A DNA stretch of 64,000 nt, from contig OX638340.1 in NCBI GenBank assembly GCA_951812955.1, forward strand, positions 1,248,001 through 1,312,000. Reading direction: 5' to 3'. Below the pieces are notes generated by a model. That model had not been told where the DNA came from, did no database searches, and saw only the letters and a list, made by a program, of their open reading frames with translations. The translations under genes and the position numbers were made by a program. Below are positions 1 to 9,996 of this stretch, one piece after another. Position 1 is the stretch's first letter, and each line of letters begins with the position of its first letter. The stretch comes from an uncultured Gemmatimonadota bacterium (GTDB taxonomy: Bacteria; JAAXHH01).

Positions 1-485
1 GGACACCACGTGACAGGCGCTTCTTTCTGGTAGGCCAGGCCGGCCTTGAATAGCTGAATGAATATCCACTGGGTCCACCGGTAGTAGTCCGGATCGGTGG
101 TCTGCACCTCGTGACGCCAGTCGAACATGGCACCCAGGCGCTTGAACTGGTTAGTGAAGTTGACGATGTTGTCCGGGATCAGCCGGCCGGGATGGGTGTT
201 GATCTTGAGGGCGAAGTTTTCGGAATGAATCCCGAAGGCGTCGAAACCCATGGGTTCGAACACGTCATATCCCCTGGCGCGTATGTACCTGCCATGGATA
301 TCCGCTCCCGTGTAGGCGAACACGTTGCCCACGTGCATGCCCTCGGCGGAGGGATAGGGGAACATCATCAGGTTGTAGTAGGGATTCCGGGCTGCTTCCA
401 GGTCGACCTCGTAGGTCCCTTCCGAATCCCAGCGCTCGATCCAACGCGCCTCTACCGCTCCGTGATCGTATTTTTCGCCTTTCAT
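1..485 (-). CDS. leuS: leucyl-tRNA synthetase, N-terminal part (gene continues beyond window start)
   Basis: Minus-strand translation from ATG (complement of cat at ~483-485) reads [19 protein letters not shown]...[19 protein letters not shown]...DAFG...[33 protein letters not shown]. These are class-I aaRS HIGH-type motif and LeuRS-specific blocks. The ORF runs off the window edge, so it is absent from the ORF track. The listed +111..497 ORF is its shadow. Confidence 0.85.
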   Translation of the reverse strand, partial: [161 protein letters not shown]

Positions 486-695
486 CAATTCCCCTGAACT
501 GGTTTTTCGTTGCTGAACGGTTTTTACATTACTTTACTGGATATTCGTGTCCTGTTTCCGGTCCCCTGACTACGGGTAGTTTACCGGTTCTGCGCCTTAC
601 ATTCGGCGTCCCGTAATTTACCCATCTTGACGTGGTAAATCAAGTTACTACTTTATAGGTAACCGAATACCGAATTTGATTCCGAAGGGTCCGTC

Positions 696-2147
696 ATGAC
701 TCCCCACAACGCCCATCTACTCACAGTCGATGATATCCACCGCTTCATCACGGACGGGTACGTCCAGGTGAATGCCGGTCTTCCCGCGGAGTTCCACCGG
801 GACCTGTACGAAAAAATCGAGACCGTGCTCGAGGAAGAAGGCAACCCGGGAAACAATATTCTGCCCCGGATCCCCGAGATCCGGAGGGTCTTCGATCAAC
901 CCTCCGTACGGGGCGCGTTGACCAGTCTGCTCGGACCCGGTTACCTGATGCATCCCCACAGATACTGCCACCTGAACAAGCCGGGTAGCCCCGGCCAGCA
1001 GTGGCACAAGGACGATTACGTCTTCGACCACAACGTACGGCACGCGCGATGTCGCTGGGTCATGGCCTTCTACTATCCCCAGGACGTGAGCGAGGACATG
1101 GGACCCACGGGCATCCTGCCCGGCAGGCAGCACTACAATCGCATCTCAGACTGCGATGCGGCCCGGTCCACCGAGTCCGCATTGGGACTGACCGGCCCCG
1201 CGGGAACGGTCTCCATCGTCAATTTCGATTCCTGGCACCGGGCCACGGCAAATGCCAGCGACAAGAAAAGGTACATGCTGAAGTTCCAGTTTACCCGTAC
1301 GCGGGAACCGGGTGGACCCTCCTGGGGAGGCCGGAAGGCAGAATGGAATCCTTCGAACGGTAACGCCCATCCCGCGGTTTCGGAGATCGTGTGGAACTGG
1401 ATGTCAGGGTTGGAGCCAGCCAGTGTTAAACCCAACGGCGCGTCCATCGACCGGTACCTGTCCGCCCTGGACGGCCCGGACGAGGGAGCACGGCTTCAGG
1501 CCGCATACGAATTAGGGCGGCGAGGAGATAGTGCGGTAGAACCTCTGGTAGAACGACTGTGCGCGACCCAGGTAGAGGATGCGCTGGCGAGCGTGCCCAA
1601 AAACCCGGCGAATCCCACGGGAGGGAATCCATCGGAATTGACGTCCGCATATGCCCTTTCAGCTATGGGGCGCCCCGCGGTCAGCCGACTGGAGGAACTG
1701 TTGGAAGACGACAAGTGGTGGGTCCGGGCCGCCGCCGCGGACGTGCTGGGCGACATCGGCCTGCCGGCGTCTACCTCCCGGCCCGCGCTGTTGCGTTCCC
1801 TCGGCGAGGATGAAAACGCATGGGTGAGGCGAAACGCGTCTGAATCCCTGGCGGTCCTGGGCGATTTCGTCCCGGGTGACGTCCCGGTCCTTCGAAGCGC
1901 GCTCGCGGATGAAGACGAACGGGTACGGCGAAACATCGCCTTCGCCCTGGCAAGGCACCCTTTGCGGGACGCAAGCCTGGTCGACGACCTTGCGGTGCGT
2001 TCTGTGGAAGACGAAGGGCGCTATGTCCGGTACTACGCCCAGGCAGCCGCGGCCAGGATGGCGGGGAATGCGGGTAACGAGTCCCTGTGGGAGGCGATGC
2101 TCGCGACGCGATGGTGTCCGCTGACGACACCGAAGAGCGCGTTCTGA
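696..2147 (+). CDS. PhyH-family Fe(II)/2-oxoglutarate dioxygenase domain fused to C-terminal PBS-lyase HEAT-like repeats
   Basis: True ATG start with AAGGG upstream. N-terminal ~270 aa has PhyH hallmarks (DGYVQV..., WHKDDYVFDH HxD). C-terminal ~200 aa has repeated WVRAAAADVLGDIG / AWVRRNASESLAVLG / ERVRRNIAFALARH HEAT-like units. Confidence 0.7.
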   Translation: MTPHNAHLLTVDDIHRFITDGYVQVNAGLPAEFHRDLYEKIETVLEEEGNPGNNILPRIPEIRRVFDQPSVRGALTSLLGPGYLMHPHRYCHLNKPGSPGQQWHKDDYVFDHNVRHARCRWVMAFYYPQDVSEDMGPTGILPGRQHYNRISDCDAARSTESALGLTGPAGTVSIVNFDSWHRATANASDKKRYMLKFQFTRTREPGGPSWGGRKAEWNPSNGNAHPAVSEIVWNWMSGLEPASVKPNGASIDRYLSALDGPDEGARLQAAYELGRRGDSAVEPLVERLCATQVEDALASVPKNPANPTGGNPSELTSAYALSAMGRPAVSRLEELLEDDKWWVRAAAADVLGDIGLPASTSRPALLRSLGEDENAWVRRNASESLAVLGDFVPGDVPVLRSALADEDERVRRNIAFALARHPLRDASLVDDLAVRSVEDEGRYVRYYAQAAAARMAGNAGNESLWEAMLATRWCPLTTPKSAF

Positions 2148-2206
2148 TTTAGGGTCGGGGATAATCTCGCCATTGGTGGTGTGCATTCTCCGGACCAGGA
2201 TTTCCT

Positions 2207-2308
2207 CGAGGTTCCTACCCCGTTACCTTCCGATCCGCCTCGAGGTTCCTACCCCGTTACCTTCCGATCCGCCTCGAGGTTCCTACCCCGTTTCCTTCCG
2301 ATCCGCCT
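2207..2308. repeat. 34-bp tandem direct repeat x3 (cgaggttcctaccccgttaccttccgatccgcct); third copy overlaps the stop and last 8 codons of the convergent permease gene
   Basis: Read directly. Copies 1-2 are identical; copy 3 differs by tt/ta and contains the TAG stop (cta on plus) of the minus-strand APC permease. Confidence 0.85.
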
Positions 2309-3638
2309 CCCGATTGATCCTGCGAAACAGCAGGTACAGGGGATAACTCAGGACGACCACGACGAGCGCCGTCAGGCTGACTCCCGTGCCGCCCATGATA
2401 TTGCCTGCCAGAAACGCCAGGGCGGCGGCGAGTGTCAGTGCCGTGGTCCACGGATATCCCCAGGCACGATAAGGCCGGGGAAGGTCCGGTTCCTTTCGTC
2501 TGAGGATAAAAACGGAAAGGAACAGGATGGCGTAGTTGACCACGGTAAAGAACGCCAGGGCCTCCACCAGCCGCACGAAACTCCCGCTGAACAGCAGGAA
2601 GATGATCGTAGCCGCCAGGCTGGCCAGGAGCGCCACTGTAGGCGTGCCGCCCTTGTTAACGCGGCGGCACTGCCAAAAGAAGAGTCCATCGGTGCTCATG
2701 GCGTAAATCACACGGGCCGCAAACATGTACCCCAGGTTGATCCCCACGATCATGAACCCGGTCACAAAGGCTGTGATGAGTGTCTCCGCGAGTGGCCCGA
2801 AAACGGCTTCCACGGCCCGGCCCACGGCCAGTTCGGCCCCCACGATTTCCGACATGGGCAGCATGCGTAGAACGGCTATGTTGATGAGCAGATACACCGC
2901 GATGACGATCCCGACGCCCATGAACATCGACCGGGGAATCGTCCTGCCGGGGTCTTCCATCTCCTCCGAAAAGTAAGCGGTGAATACCCAGCCATCATAC
3001 GCGTAAAGCACCCCTCTCAGCGCCACGATGAAGGCAACGACCACGGTCCATCCCGTGGGCATGGACGGAGAAGCGGCCGCCTCGACCTCCGAACCTTCAC
3101 TACCCGTCAGCAGGAAGCAGGCGATGATGAGCACGGCGAAGATGACCGCCTTGATCATGCTGGCGACGTTGTGCACGCCGGTTCCCCATTTCACGCCCCT
3201 CCACTGAATCACGGCGAAAGAAACCGCGATTCCCAGGCAAAGCGATAGGCTGAACTGGGGTATGCCTGCGTTGAGGAGATGTAGATACTCGTTGATCACG
3301 ATGATGGTCATGGCTGTCGCGCCGCACCAGTTCAACCAGTCGGTCCAACCGCTGACGAACCCGACGAAGGGTCCGAGGGTCCGGTGTGCGTAGACGTAGT
3401 AGGCGCCGGCGCGCGGCAGTGCTGTGGCCAACTCGGCGGCGGAAGCCGTGCTGAATATCACGAACACACCCGCCGCTATCCAGGTGGCCATGTACCACCA
3501 CGGATCGGGCAGCTGGGCCGCCACTTCACCCGGCGCTCTGAGAATGCCGAGGCTGACGATGCCGCCGAAGGTGATGGCCAGTCCCGTGATCAGGCCGAGG
3601 ACGCGCAGCAGCCCGCCAGGGGAAGACGAGGAAGACAT
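2283..3638 (-). CDS. APC-superfamily amino acid permease
   Basis: 451 aa with ~12 hydrophobic segments and typical APC N-terminus (GLITGLAITFGGIVSLGILRAPGE). ATG start confirmed. Confidence 0.8.
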   Translation of the reverse strand: MSSSSSPGGLLRVLGLITGLAITFGGIVSLGILRAPGEVAAQLPDPWWYMATWIAAGVFVIFSTASAAELATALPRAGAYYVYAHRTLGPFVGFVSGWTDWLNWCGATAMTIIVINEYLHLLNAGIPQFSLSLCLGIAVSFAVIQWRGVKWGTGVHNVASMIKAVIFAVLIIACFLLTGSEGSEVEAAASPSMPTGWTVVVAFIVALRGVLYAYDGWVFTAYFSEEMEDPGRTIPRSMFMGVGIVIAVYLLINIAVLRMLPMSEIVGAELAVGRAVEAVFGPLAETLITAFVTGFMIVGINLGYMFAARVIYAMSTDGLFFWQCRRVNKGGTPTVALLASLAATIIFLLFSGSFVRLVEALAFFTVVNYAILFLSVFILRRKEPDLPRPYRAWGYPWTTALTLAAALAFLAGNIMGGTGVSLTALVVVVLSYPLYLLFRRINREADRKETG

Positions 3639-4040
3639 AGTAGAAGCCTTAATTCAGAAGAAGGATCGGTCGGAGTCTTTGATAGTTGAATCGTTACGTA
3701 CCCTGGGATTCAAAGCGCTCCGTCAATATGGTTCGACGGAAATCATGAAACAAGGGTTTACCCGTTGGCGATAGATCGCGTCAGGTCAGCATCGCTCAAT
3801 CCTGTGGTGACAAACTTAATTACAGCTTCCGGTGCACCTGCTCCGATTCTGTTTTACCACGTCGGGCAAGAGGGTTTGCTAGCCAAGGCGATGCGGTTTA
3901 TATTGACCGCGCGCGGGATATCGCAGATTGATTGTCCTGCCTGCACAGAATGAACTTATTCTAATGTTTTTGTGGGTGCGTCCACGCTCCTGAACCTGAT
4001 GAGTTTAACCCTTAAAAGCTGGACACAGGGCATTGGAATT

Positions 4041-5207
4041 ATGGATCTGCCACTGAAATACGGACTCAATCCCCATCAGCATCCCGCCCGGGTGACCCTG
4101 CCTCCCTCATCACCGCTGCGCGTGCTAAACGGCACACCAGGCTATGTCAATATCATCGACGCCATGGGCGCCTGGCAACTGGCACGGGAATTGAAACAGG
4201 CGACCGGAGTGCCGGGTGCGGCATCCTTCAAACACGCGAGTCCAGCCGGAGCGGCGATTGCCGGCGAACTTAGTGATACCTATCTTTCGTCCCAGTTTCT
4301 GGCCGGTAAGGCGTACTCACCGGGTGCTGCCGCCTATATCCGTGCCCGAGGCGGCGACCGCATGTGTTCCTTCGGGGACGCCGCGGCCGTGAGCGAGGTG
4401 GTGGACCGGACCCTGGCCAACTTGTTAAGGCGGGAAGTGTCCGACCTGATCATCGCGCCGGGATACGATAGGGACGCGTTGGAGATCCTCAGTGCAAAGA
4501 AGGGCGGAGGCTACCTCGTGCTGGAGATCGATCCGGACTACGAGCCGCCCGAGATAGAGCAGAGAACGCTGTTCGGTCTTCAACTGGAACAACCCCGCAA
4601 CGATGCAGCCATCAACCGGGATACTTTTTCCAATATCGTTACCGGCAATCGGGACATTCCGGATTCCGCCCTCGACACGCTCGTCGTGGCGACGATCGCG
4701 CTCAAATACACGCAGTCGAATTCCGTCTGCGTGGCCTACGACGGCCAGGTGATCGGCATGGGCGCGGGCCAGCAATCCCGGATTCACTGCACCCGGCTGG
4801 CCTGCGACAAGGCCGACAAGTGGTTCCTGCAACAGCATCCCCGGACACTGGATCTCCCCTTCCGCGAGGGACTCAAACGCACGAAAAAGACGAACCTCGT
4901 CGACCAGTACCTCCTGTGGGACCAACTTTCCACCACGGAGGAGAACCACAAGCTGGACGGCCTTTCGGCACGTCCGGCACCCATCTCTTCAGAAGAACGC
5001 CGGGAATACCTTGCCCGATTCGACGGAATCTGCCTGTCATCGGACGCCTACATACCCTTTCGCGACAACATCGACCGGGCCAGCCGGAGCAACGTGCAAT
5101 TCGTGGCGCAGACCGGCGGGTCGGCGGCGGATAAGGGCGTGACGGAAGCGGCCGATGAATACGGCATGGCGATGGTCCATACCGGGCTACGGCTGTTTTT
5201 GCACTAG
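4041..5207 (+). CDS. AICAR transformylase-like protein (PurH C-terminal AICARFT domain only, no MGS/IMP cyclohydrolase domain)
   Basis: LKYGLNPHQ, FKHASPAGAA, IAPGYDRDALEIL, PFRDNID and C-terminal GGSAADKGVTEAADEYGMAMVHTGLRLFLH align with PurH residues ~200-529. Start at the internal ATG (MDLPLKYGLNPHQ) chosen by the domain boundary; the ORF-track start at 3972 is possible. Confidence 0.75.
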   Translation: MDLPLKYGLNPHQHPARVTLPPSSPLRVLNGTPGYVNIIDAMGAWQLARELKQATGVPGAASFKHASPAGAAIAGELSDTYLSSQFLAGKAYSPGAAAYIRARGGDRMCSFGDAAAVSEVVDRTLANLLRREVSDLIIAPGYDRDALEILSAKKGGGYLVLEIDPDYEPPEIEQRTLFGLQLEQPRNDAAINRDTFSNIVTGNRDIPDSALDTLVVATIALKYTQSNSVCVAYDGQVIGMGAGQQSRIHCTRLACDKADKWFLQQHPRTLDLPFREGLKRTKKTNLVDQYLLWDQLSTTEENHKLDGLSARPAPISSEERREYLARFDGICLSSDAYIPFRDNIDRASRSNVQFVAQTGGSAADKGVTEAADEYGMAMVHTGLRLFLH

Positions 5208-5366
5208 CGACGGCCGTGGTGGCTTCTACTGTGACATTTCTTGCAGGACCACTTTCAATCGCACTGGAAAATCCGTCAGGATCCTTTCAACCCCCTTCTC
5301 GATGAAAGCCCGCAAGCTTCAGCGGTGTCCGCGAAGAAAACACGGACGGTAGTGAAAGGGCTTCGA

Positions 5367-6764
5367 GTGACACGCAAGCCGAATATCATCTATCTGCTGG
5401 CGGACGACTGGGGATACGGGGATGTAAGCTGTCTCAATCCCGATTCCAAAATCCCGACGCTGCATACCGATCGGCTCGCAGGCGAAGGGATGGTGTTTAC
5501 GGATGCCCACAGCAATTCCGCGGTATGCACGCCCACGCGATACGGCGTGCTGACGGGACGTTACTGCTGGCGATCGCGGCTGAAGCGCGGGGTCTTGAAC
5601 GGCTATTCCGAACCGTTGATCGAGGAGGGACGCATGACGGTCCCTACGCTGCTTCGCGACCAGGGATATACGACGGCCTGCGTGGGCAAGTGGCACCTGG
5701 GACTGGGCTGGCAGACCTCCGGAGGAGTGGAGACGGTAAATAAGGAGACGGTGCGTTTCTCCGCTCCTTTGTCCCATGGTCCCCATACGGTGGGATTCGA
5801 CCATTCATACATCATCCCGGCGTCCCTCGATATGGAGCCCTACTGCTATATCGAAGATGGGGAGGTCGTGGAGCTTTCGGTCGAAGAGATAGCGGACTCG
5901 CCTCGGCCGGCCTTTTGGCGTGGAGGGGCCTGCGCGCCGGGGTTTTCCCATGAGACCTGCCTGCTGGAACTGACGATGCGGGCCGAGGGATTTATCCATC
6001 GGCACGCGAAAGAACATGGCGATCGGCCATTCTTTCTTTACTTCCCCGCACCTTCTCCCCATACGCCTCATTTTTCGCGAGACCGATTTGCCGGCCGGAG
6101 CCAGGCGGGCGTGTATGGAGATTACGTGACGGAGCACGACTGGAGTATCGGGCGAATCCTGGAGGCGGTGAAGCGCAATGGCCTGGAGGAGAATACGCTG
6201 ATTATCGTGACGAGTGACAATGGCTGCCACGCAGAGCCTATCGGGTTGAAGGAAAAGTATGATCACCTTGGAAATTACGTTTTCCGGGGTCAGAAGTCAG
6301 ATGCCTGGGACGGCGGTCACCGCATCCCGTTTATCGCGTCGTGGCCGGGCGTGATCGAACCAGGGTCACGATGTGAAAAGACGGTTTGTCTGACGGATCT
6401 GCTTGCGACCGTTGCCGGGATCTGCGAAGTGGACCTGCCGGTAGACGCCGGCGAAGACAGCTGCAATATCCTGCCCTATCTGCGGGGCGAACAGGCAGAG
6501 ACGATCCGTGAAGCGACGGTGCATCACTCGATCAGCGGGGAATTCGCCATACGGAAGGACAGGTGGAAGCTGGTAGAATGCCGCGGTTCGGGTGGGTGGA
6601 CCCTGAAAGAATCGGATGTGCCCGGGGATGCGCCGCCGATGCAACTCTACGATATGGTTTCCGATCCGGGAGAACGGTTAAACCTGTTTAGCAAAAAGCC
6701 CGGTGTGGTCGAGGATTTGCTCGACACGCTGAATCGGTACCGGACCGGCGGCCGGAGCACGTGA
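5367..6764 (+). CDS. formylglycine-dependent sulfatase (arylsulfatase family), no signal peptide
   Basis: NIIYLLADDWGYGD...CTPTRYGVLTGRY (CxPxR) and ...GKWHLG. The ORF-track start at 5241 is TTG. GTG at 5367 (VTRKPNIIYL) has AAAGGG 7 nt upstream; GTG at 5352 is also possible. No hydrophobic N-terminal segment in any version. Confidence 0.8.
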   Translation: MTRKPNIIYLLADDWGYGDVSCLNPDSKIPTLHTDRLAGEGMVFTDAHSNSAVCTPTRYGVLTGRYCWRSRLKRGVLNGYSEPLIEEGRMTVPTLLRDQGYTTACVGKWHLGLGWQTSGGVETVNKETVRFSAPLSHGPHTVGFDHSYIIPASLDMEPYCYIEDGEVVELSVEEIADSPRPAFWRGGACAPGFSHETCLLELTMRAEGFIHRHAKEHGDRPFFLYFPAPSPHTPHFSRDRFAGRSQAGVYGDYVTEHDWSIGRILEAVKRNGLEENTLIIVTSDNGCHAEPIGLKEKYDHLGNYVFRGQKSDAWDGGHRIPFIASWPGVIEPGSRCEKTVCLTDLLATVAGICEVDLPVDAGEDSCNILPYLRGEQAETIREATVHHSISGEFAIRKDRWKLVECRGSGGWTLKESDVPGDAPPMQLYDMVSDPGERLNLFSKKPGVVEDLLDTLNRYRTGGRST

Positions 6765-6765
6765 A

Positions 6766-6850
6766 ACCGCGAGGTAGGTGAGACCTTCGAATCAGGTAAG
6801 GCCGCGAGGTACTTGAGACCGCGAGGCAGGGTAGGCCGCGAGGTACGTGA
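6766..6850. repeat. 4 degenerate copies of a ~20-bp unit centred on CCGCGAGGTA, starting at the sulfatase stop codon
   Basis: Read directly: gtgaAACCGCGAGGTAggtgaga / gtaaGGCCGCGAGGTActtgaga / CCGCGAGGcagggtag / GCCGCGAGGTAcgtgagc, ending at the AAGGAG RBS of the next sulfatase. Confidence 0.55.
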
Positions 6851-6869
6851 GCAAAGGAGTGTGGATGCG

Positions 6870-8714
6870 ATGAACGGCAAGAGACCCAACGTCATACTGG
6901 TTATCACTGACGACCAGGGATACGGGGACCTGGGTTGTACGGGCCACCCCTGGTTGAGGACGCCAAGTATCGATGCATTTCACCGCGACGCGGTCCGCCT
7001 TGCGGATTTCCACGTTTCGCCTCTGTGTACGCCGACGCGCGGAGCCTTGATGACGGGACGGCGACCCGTACGAAACGGCGCATGGGCGACCTGCTGGGGA
7101 CGGTCCATCCTACGGAAGTCCGAGACGACCATGGCGGACGTTTTCAGCGAGGCCGGGTACCGAACCGCCATGTTCGGAAAGTGGCACCTGGGCGACAACT
7201 ATCCCTATCGTCCCCAGGACCGGGGATTCCGGCACGTGGTGGCCCACAAGGGCGGGGGCGTGGGACAGACGCCCGATTTCTGGGGCAACAATTACTTCGA
7301 CGACACCTATTTCCAAAACGGGGAGCCCGTGGAACACGCCGGATACTGCACGGACGTGTGGTTCGACGAGGCGATCCGTTTCATCGAGGGGTGCGCGGCC
7401 GGCCGGTCCGCCGGTTCGTCGCCAGCGCAGAGGCAGCGCCAGGAAGCATCCCCGGCCAGTCCGAACGGAGCGGACAGAGCGGACAGTCCGAACGGAGCGG
7501 ACGGAGCGGACGAGCCGTTCTTCGTTTATCTGGCAACCAACGCACCGCACACCCCTTATCTCGTGTCCGAGGAATACGCCCATCCGTACCAGGGTATTCA
7601 AGATATACCGGAACCCGAGTTCTGCGGAATGATCGCGAACATCGACGAGAATTTCGGCCGACTGCGGCGTACGCTGGCACAACTGGGTCTGGAAGAAAAC
7701 ACCATCCTGGTCTTCATGACCGACAACGGGAGCTCCGGTGGCAGTGAACTCGATGAAAACCAGCACGCGGTGCGAGGTTACAACGCGGGGATGCGGGGCA
7801 AGAAGGGCTCCTACTACGACGGCGGTCATCGCGTGCCCTTCTTCCTTCGCTGGCCTGGAGGCGGTCTCGGGGGAGGACGTGACGTGGACGAGATGACCCT
7901 CCACGTAGACATCCTGCCGACACTCGTCGCGTTGTGCGGGTTGGACGAACCCGATGTGGACTTCGACGGGGTCAGTGTGGCGCCGCTACTTCGTGGTGAG
8001 CGGTCGGGCCTGCCCGGCGACCGGGTGCACTTTCTTCAGTACCGGCAGGATACCGTGCCTCCGGAGAAATGGACCAGCGCGGTCATGACCCGACGTTGGC
8101 GGCTGGTGCGGGGAAAGGAACTGTACGATATCAAGGCCGATCCGGGACAGTGGTGTGATGTCGCCCGGGAGCATCCCGACGTGGTGGACCGGCTGCGATG
8201 TAATCACGACGCCTGGTGGGACGAGATATCACCCGGTCTCGATGTGTATTGCCCCATCGAACTGGGAAGCCCCGCCGAGAATCCCACCCGCCTCTGCGCC
8301 ATGGACGTCCTTGGCGACGTGGCCTGGCACCAGACCCATATTGCCCGGGCACAGGAGAGCAGCGGGACCTGGGCCGTCGAGATCGAAAGGCCGGCCCGCT
8401 ACCGGTTCAATCTTCGCCGGTGGCCCGCCGAACGCGAGCTTGCGATCGACGGCGTGATACCGCCGGACGAGGCGCGCCGCCTTATCTATGCGCCTGAAGA
8501 TGCGGGCGCGCTGGCCATTCAGCCCGTCGAAGCACGCCTGTCCCTGTTCGGTCAAACACACCGCATGACAGTGAGTAAAGGCGATACGGCCGTCGAATTC
8601 ACCCTCGAAATCACACATACGGGTGTGACGAACCTGGAAGCCTCCTTCGTCGACGTGACCGGAGATGCCAGGGGAGCGTTCTATGTGGATGTCGAGCGGC
8701 TGGATGAGGTTTAG
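6870..8714 (+). CDS. formylglycine-dependent sulfatase, no signal peptide, with an acidic low-complexity insertion
   Basis: ATG at 6870 preceded by AAGGAG. NVILVITDDQGYGD...CTPTRGALMTGR...GKWHLG. Insertion SPASPNGADRADSPNGADGADEP is encoded by an 18-bp nucleotide repeat at ~7440-7515. Confidence 0.85.
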   Translation: MNGKRPNVILVITDDQGYGDLGCTGHPWLRTPSIDAFHRDAVRLADFHVSPLCTPTRGALMTGRRPVRNGAWATCWGRSILRKSETTMADVFSEAGYRTAMFGKWHLGDNYPYRPQDRGFRHVVAHKGGGVGQTPDFWGNNYFDDTYFQNGEPVEHAGYCTDVWFDEAIRFIEGCAAGRSAGSSPAQRQRQEASPASPNGADRADSPNGADGADEPFFVYLATNAPHTPYLVSEEYAHPYQGIQDIPEPEFCGMIANIDENFGRLRRTLAQLGLEENTILVFMTDNGSSGGSELDENQHAVRGYNAGMRGKKGSYYDGGHRVPFFLRWPGGGLGGGRDVDEMTLHVDILPTLVALCGLDEPDVDFDGVSVAPLLRGERSGLPGDRVHFLQYRQDTVPPEKWTSAVMTRRWRLVRGKELYDIKADPGQWCDVAREHPDVVDRLRCNHDAWWDEISPGLDVYCPIELGSPAENPTRLCAMDVLGDVAWHQTHIARAQESSGTWAVEIERPARYRFNLRRWPAERELAIDGVIPPDEARRLIYAPEDAGALAIQPVEARLSLFGQTHRMTVSKGDTAVEFTLEITHTGVTNLEASFVDVTGDARGAFYVDVERLDEV

Positions 8715-8774
8715 AGCCGGCCTGCTGTTCGACTATCTGTGGCTCGGATCGAATGTGAAACCGAAGCGTAAGAC

Positions 8775-9713
8775 CTAAGCCGTCACCCCGTGACGGATGC
8801 CAAGCGCCCCGGAGAACCTTTCGATGGAAGTCGCCAGCCCGTCGATCAGTCCCTCGTCAAAGGCTGTCAACCTGGCGTCCGTAGATCGGCAGCGCGTGGT
8901 GATGGGCAATCCGACGCGTTGCAGGTACCGCTTGCAGGTCACGAGGTACTTGTTGTTCACGACCGGCGCCAGGGCAGTCATCATCCGTTGTACCTCCTCC
9001 GCCGTTTCCGGCTGTCCGTCATATTCCGCGCACAGCCAGGAGAACAGTTCGGGAAACACGTTGGCGGCAACGGGCGAAATGCCCGCGGCGCCGTGGCGCA
9101 GCCCCTCGAGACCGGTTTCGAAATGGGCGTTGTAGACACCGAGCCGCGTAGACCTTACAGCGTCGATCTTCCGCCTTAGTATATCGATATTGCAGGCGGT
9201 ATCCTTGTGATATAGGAACCTGTCTGTGCTGCCGAAATGACCGAAGAGACCGGGCGAAATGAGCCGGTGATAGGGCGTTGGACATTCGTAGAGACCCAGC
9301 GGGACAGGGTCGGTCAGTTCGAGCAACCGCTCCATATTCCGTTTAAGCACTTCCTCGCTCTCGTCCCGGCCGGCCAGCAGGCAAACGATGACGACTACCG
9401 CGTCCACGCCCGTACCGGCCATGCGCCGGACGAAATCGGCCTGGCCGTCGACCGGACCGCCGAAGGTGCCAGTCGCGACCACCGGTACCCGTCCGCCGGC
9501 CCGCTGTACGACGCGGCGGGTCACCTCCAGGCGTTCGTCATCGTCCAGGTGAAACATCTCGCTTGAACCACAGCAGGCAAAGAGTCCGGCCGATCCTCTT
9601 TCGATGTACCAGTCGGTCAGGGCATCCACGCCCCGCCAGTCGATGGATCCGTCTTCGTGAAAGGCGTTGAGCATCACCGGCCAGAGGCCGCGTGGCAGTT
9701 TATTCATAGACAT
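8775..9713 (-). CDS. DapA/NAL-family class I aldolase (dihydrodipicolinate synthase / N-acetylneuraminate lyase-like)
   Basis: MSMNKLPRGLWPVMLNAFHEDGSIDWRGVDALTDWYIERGSAGLFACCGSSEMFHLDDDERLEV matches the DHDPS-family N-terminal pattern. Start set at a true internal ATG; the ORF-track upstream extension is unlikely. Confidence 0.65.
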   Translation of the reverse strand: MSMNKLPRGLWPVMLNAFHEDGSIDWRGVDALTDWYIERGSAGLFACCGSSEMFHLDDDERLEVTRRVVQRAGGRVPVVATGTFGGPVDGQADFVRRMAGTGVDAVVVIVCLLAGRDESEEVLKRNMERLLELTDPVPLGLYECPTPYHRLISPGLFGHFGSTDRFLYHKDTACNIDILRRKIDAVRSTRLGVYNAHFETGLEGLRHGAAGISPVAANVFPELFSWLCAEYDGQPETAEEVQRMMTALAPVVNNKYLVTCKRYLQRVGLPITTRCRSTDARLTAFDEGLIDGLATSIERFSGALGIRHGVTA

Positions 9714-9996
9714 GGCGTGGCGTCCTGAGTGGACAGGGCATGGTTCGATTGACTGGAATGAGTTCGCGGTCCAGGGATCATATCCTTTAATCGTCCTCGG
9801 TGTCAAGAATAACCGTACCGAAACAAACGGCCGGACGAACGCCGGTTTTGATTGGCCAGGCACGCGGCGTAGTCCTTTACACCCAACGGCGTCGAAGGTA
9901 TATTTTCGGGTAGCGATCCTGGTATCGCATGGGCGTTTCCAACCCCATTCACAATGACGAATCCGCCATATTTCCGTTCAAAATCGAAAGAAAGCC

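Noticed and set aside
111-497. ORF-track +strand 128-aa ORF
   Set aside because: It is the shadow of the minus-strand leuS 5' end. The product is Val/Gly/His-rich with no motifs, whereas the opposite strand gives a clean LeuRS N-terminus.
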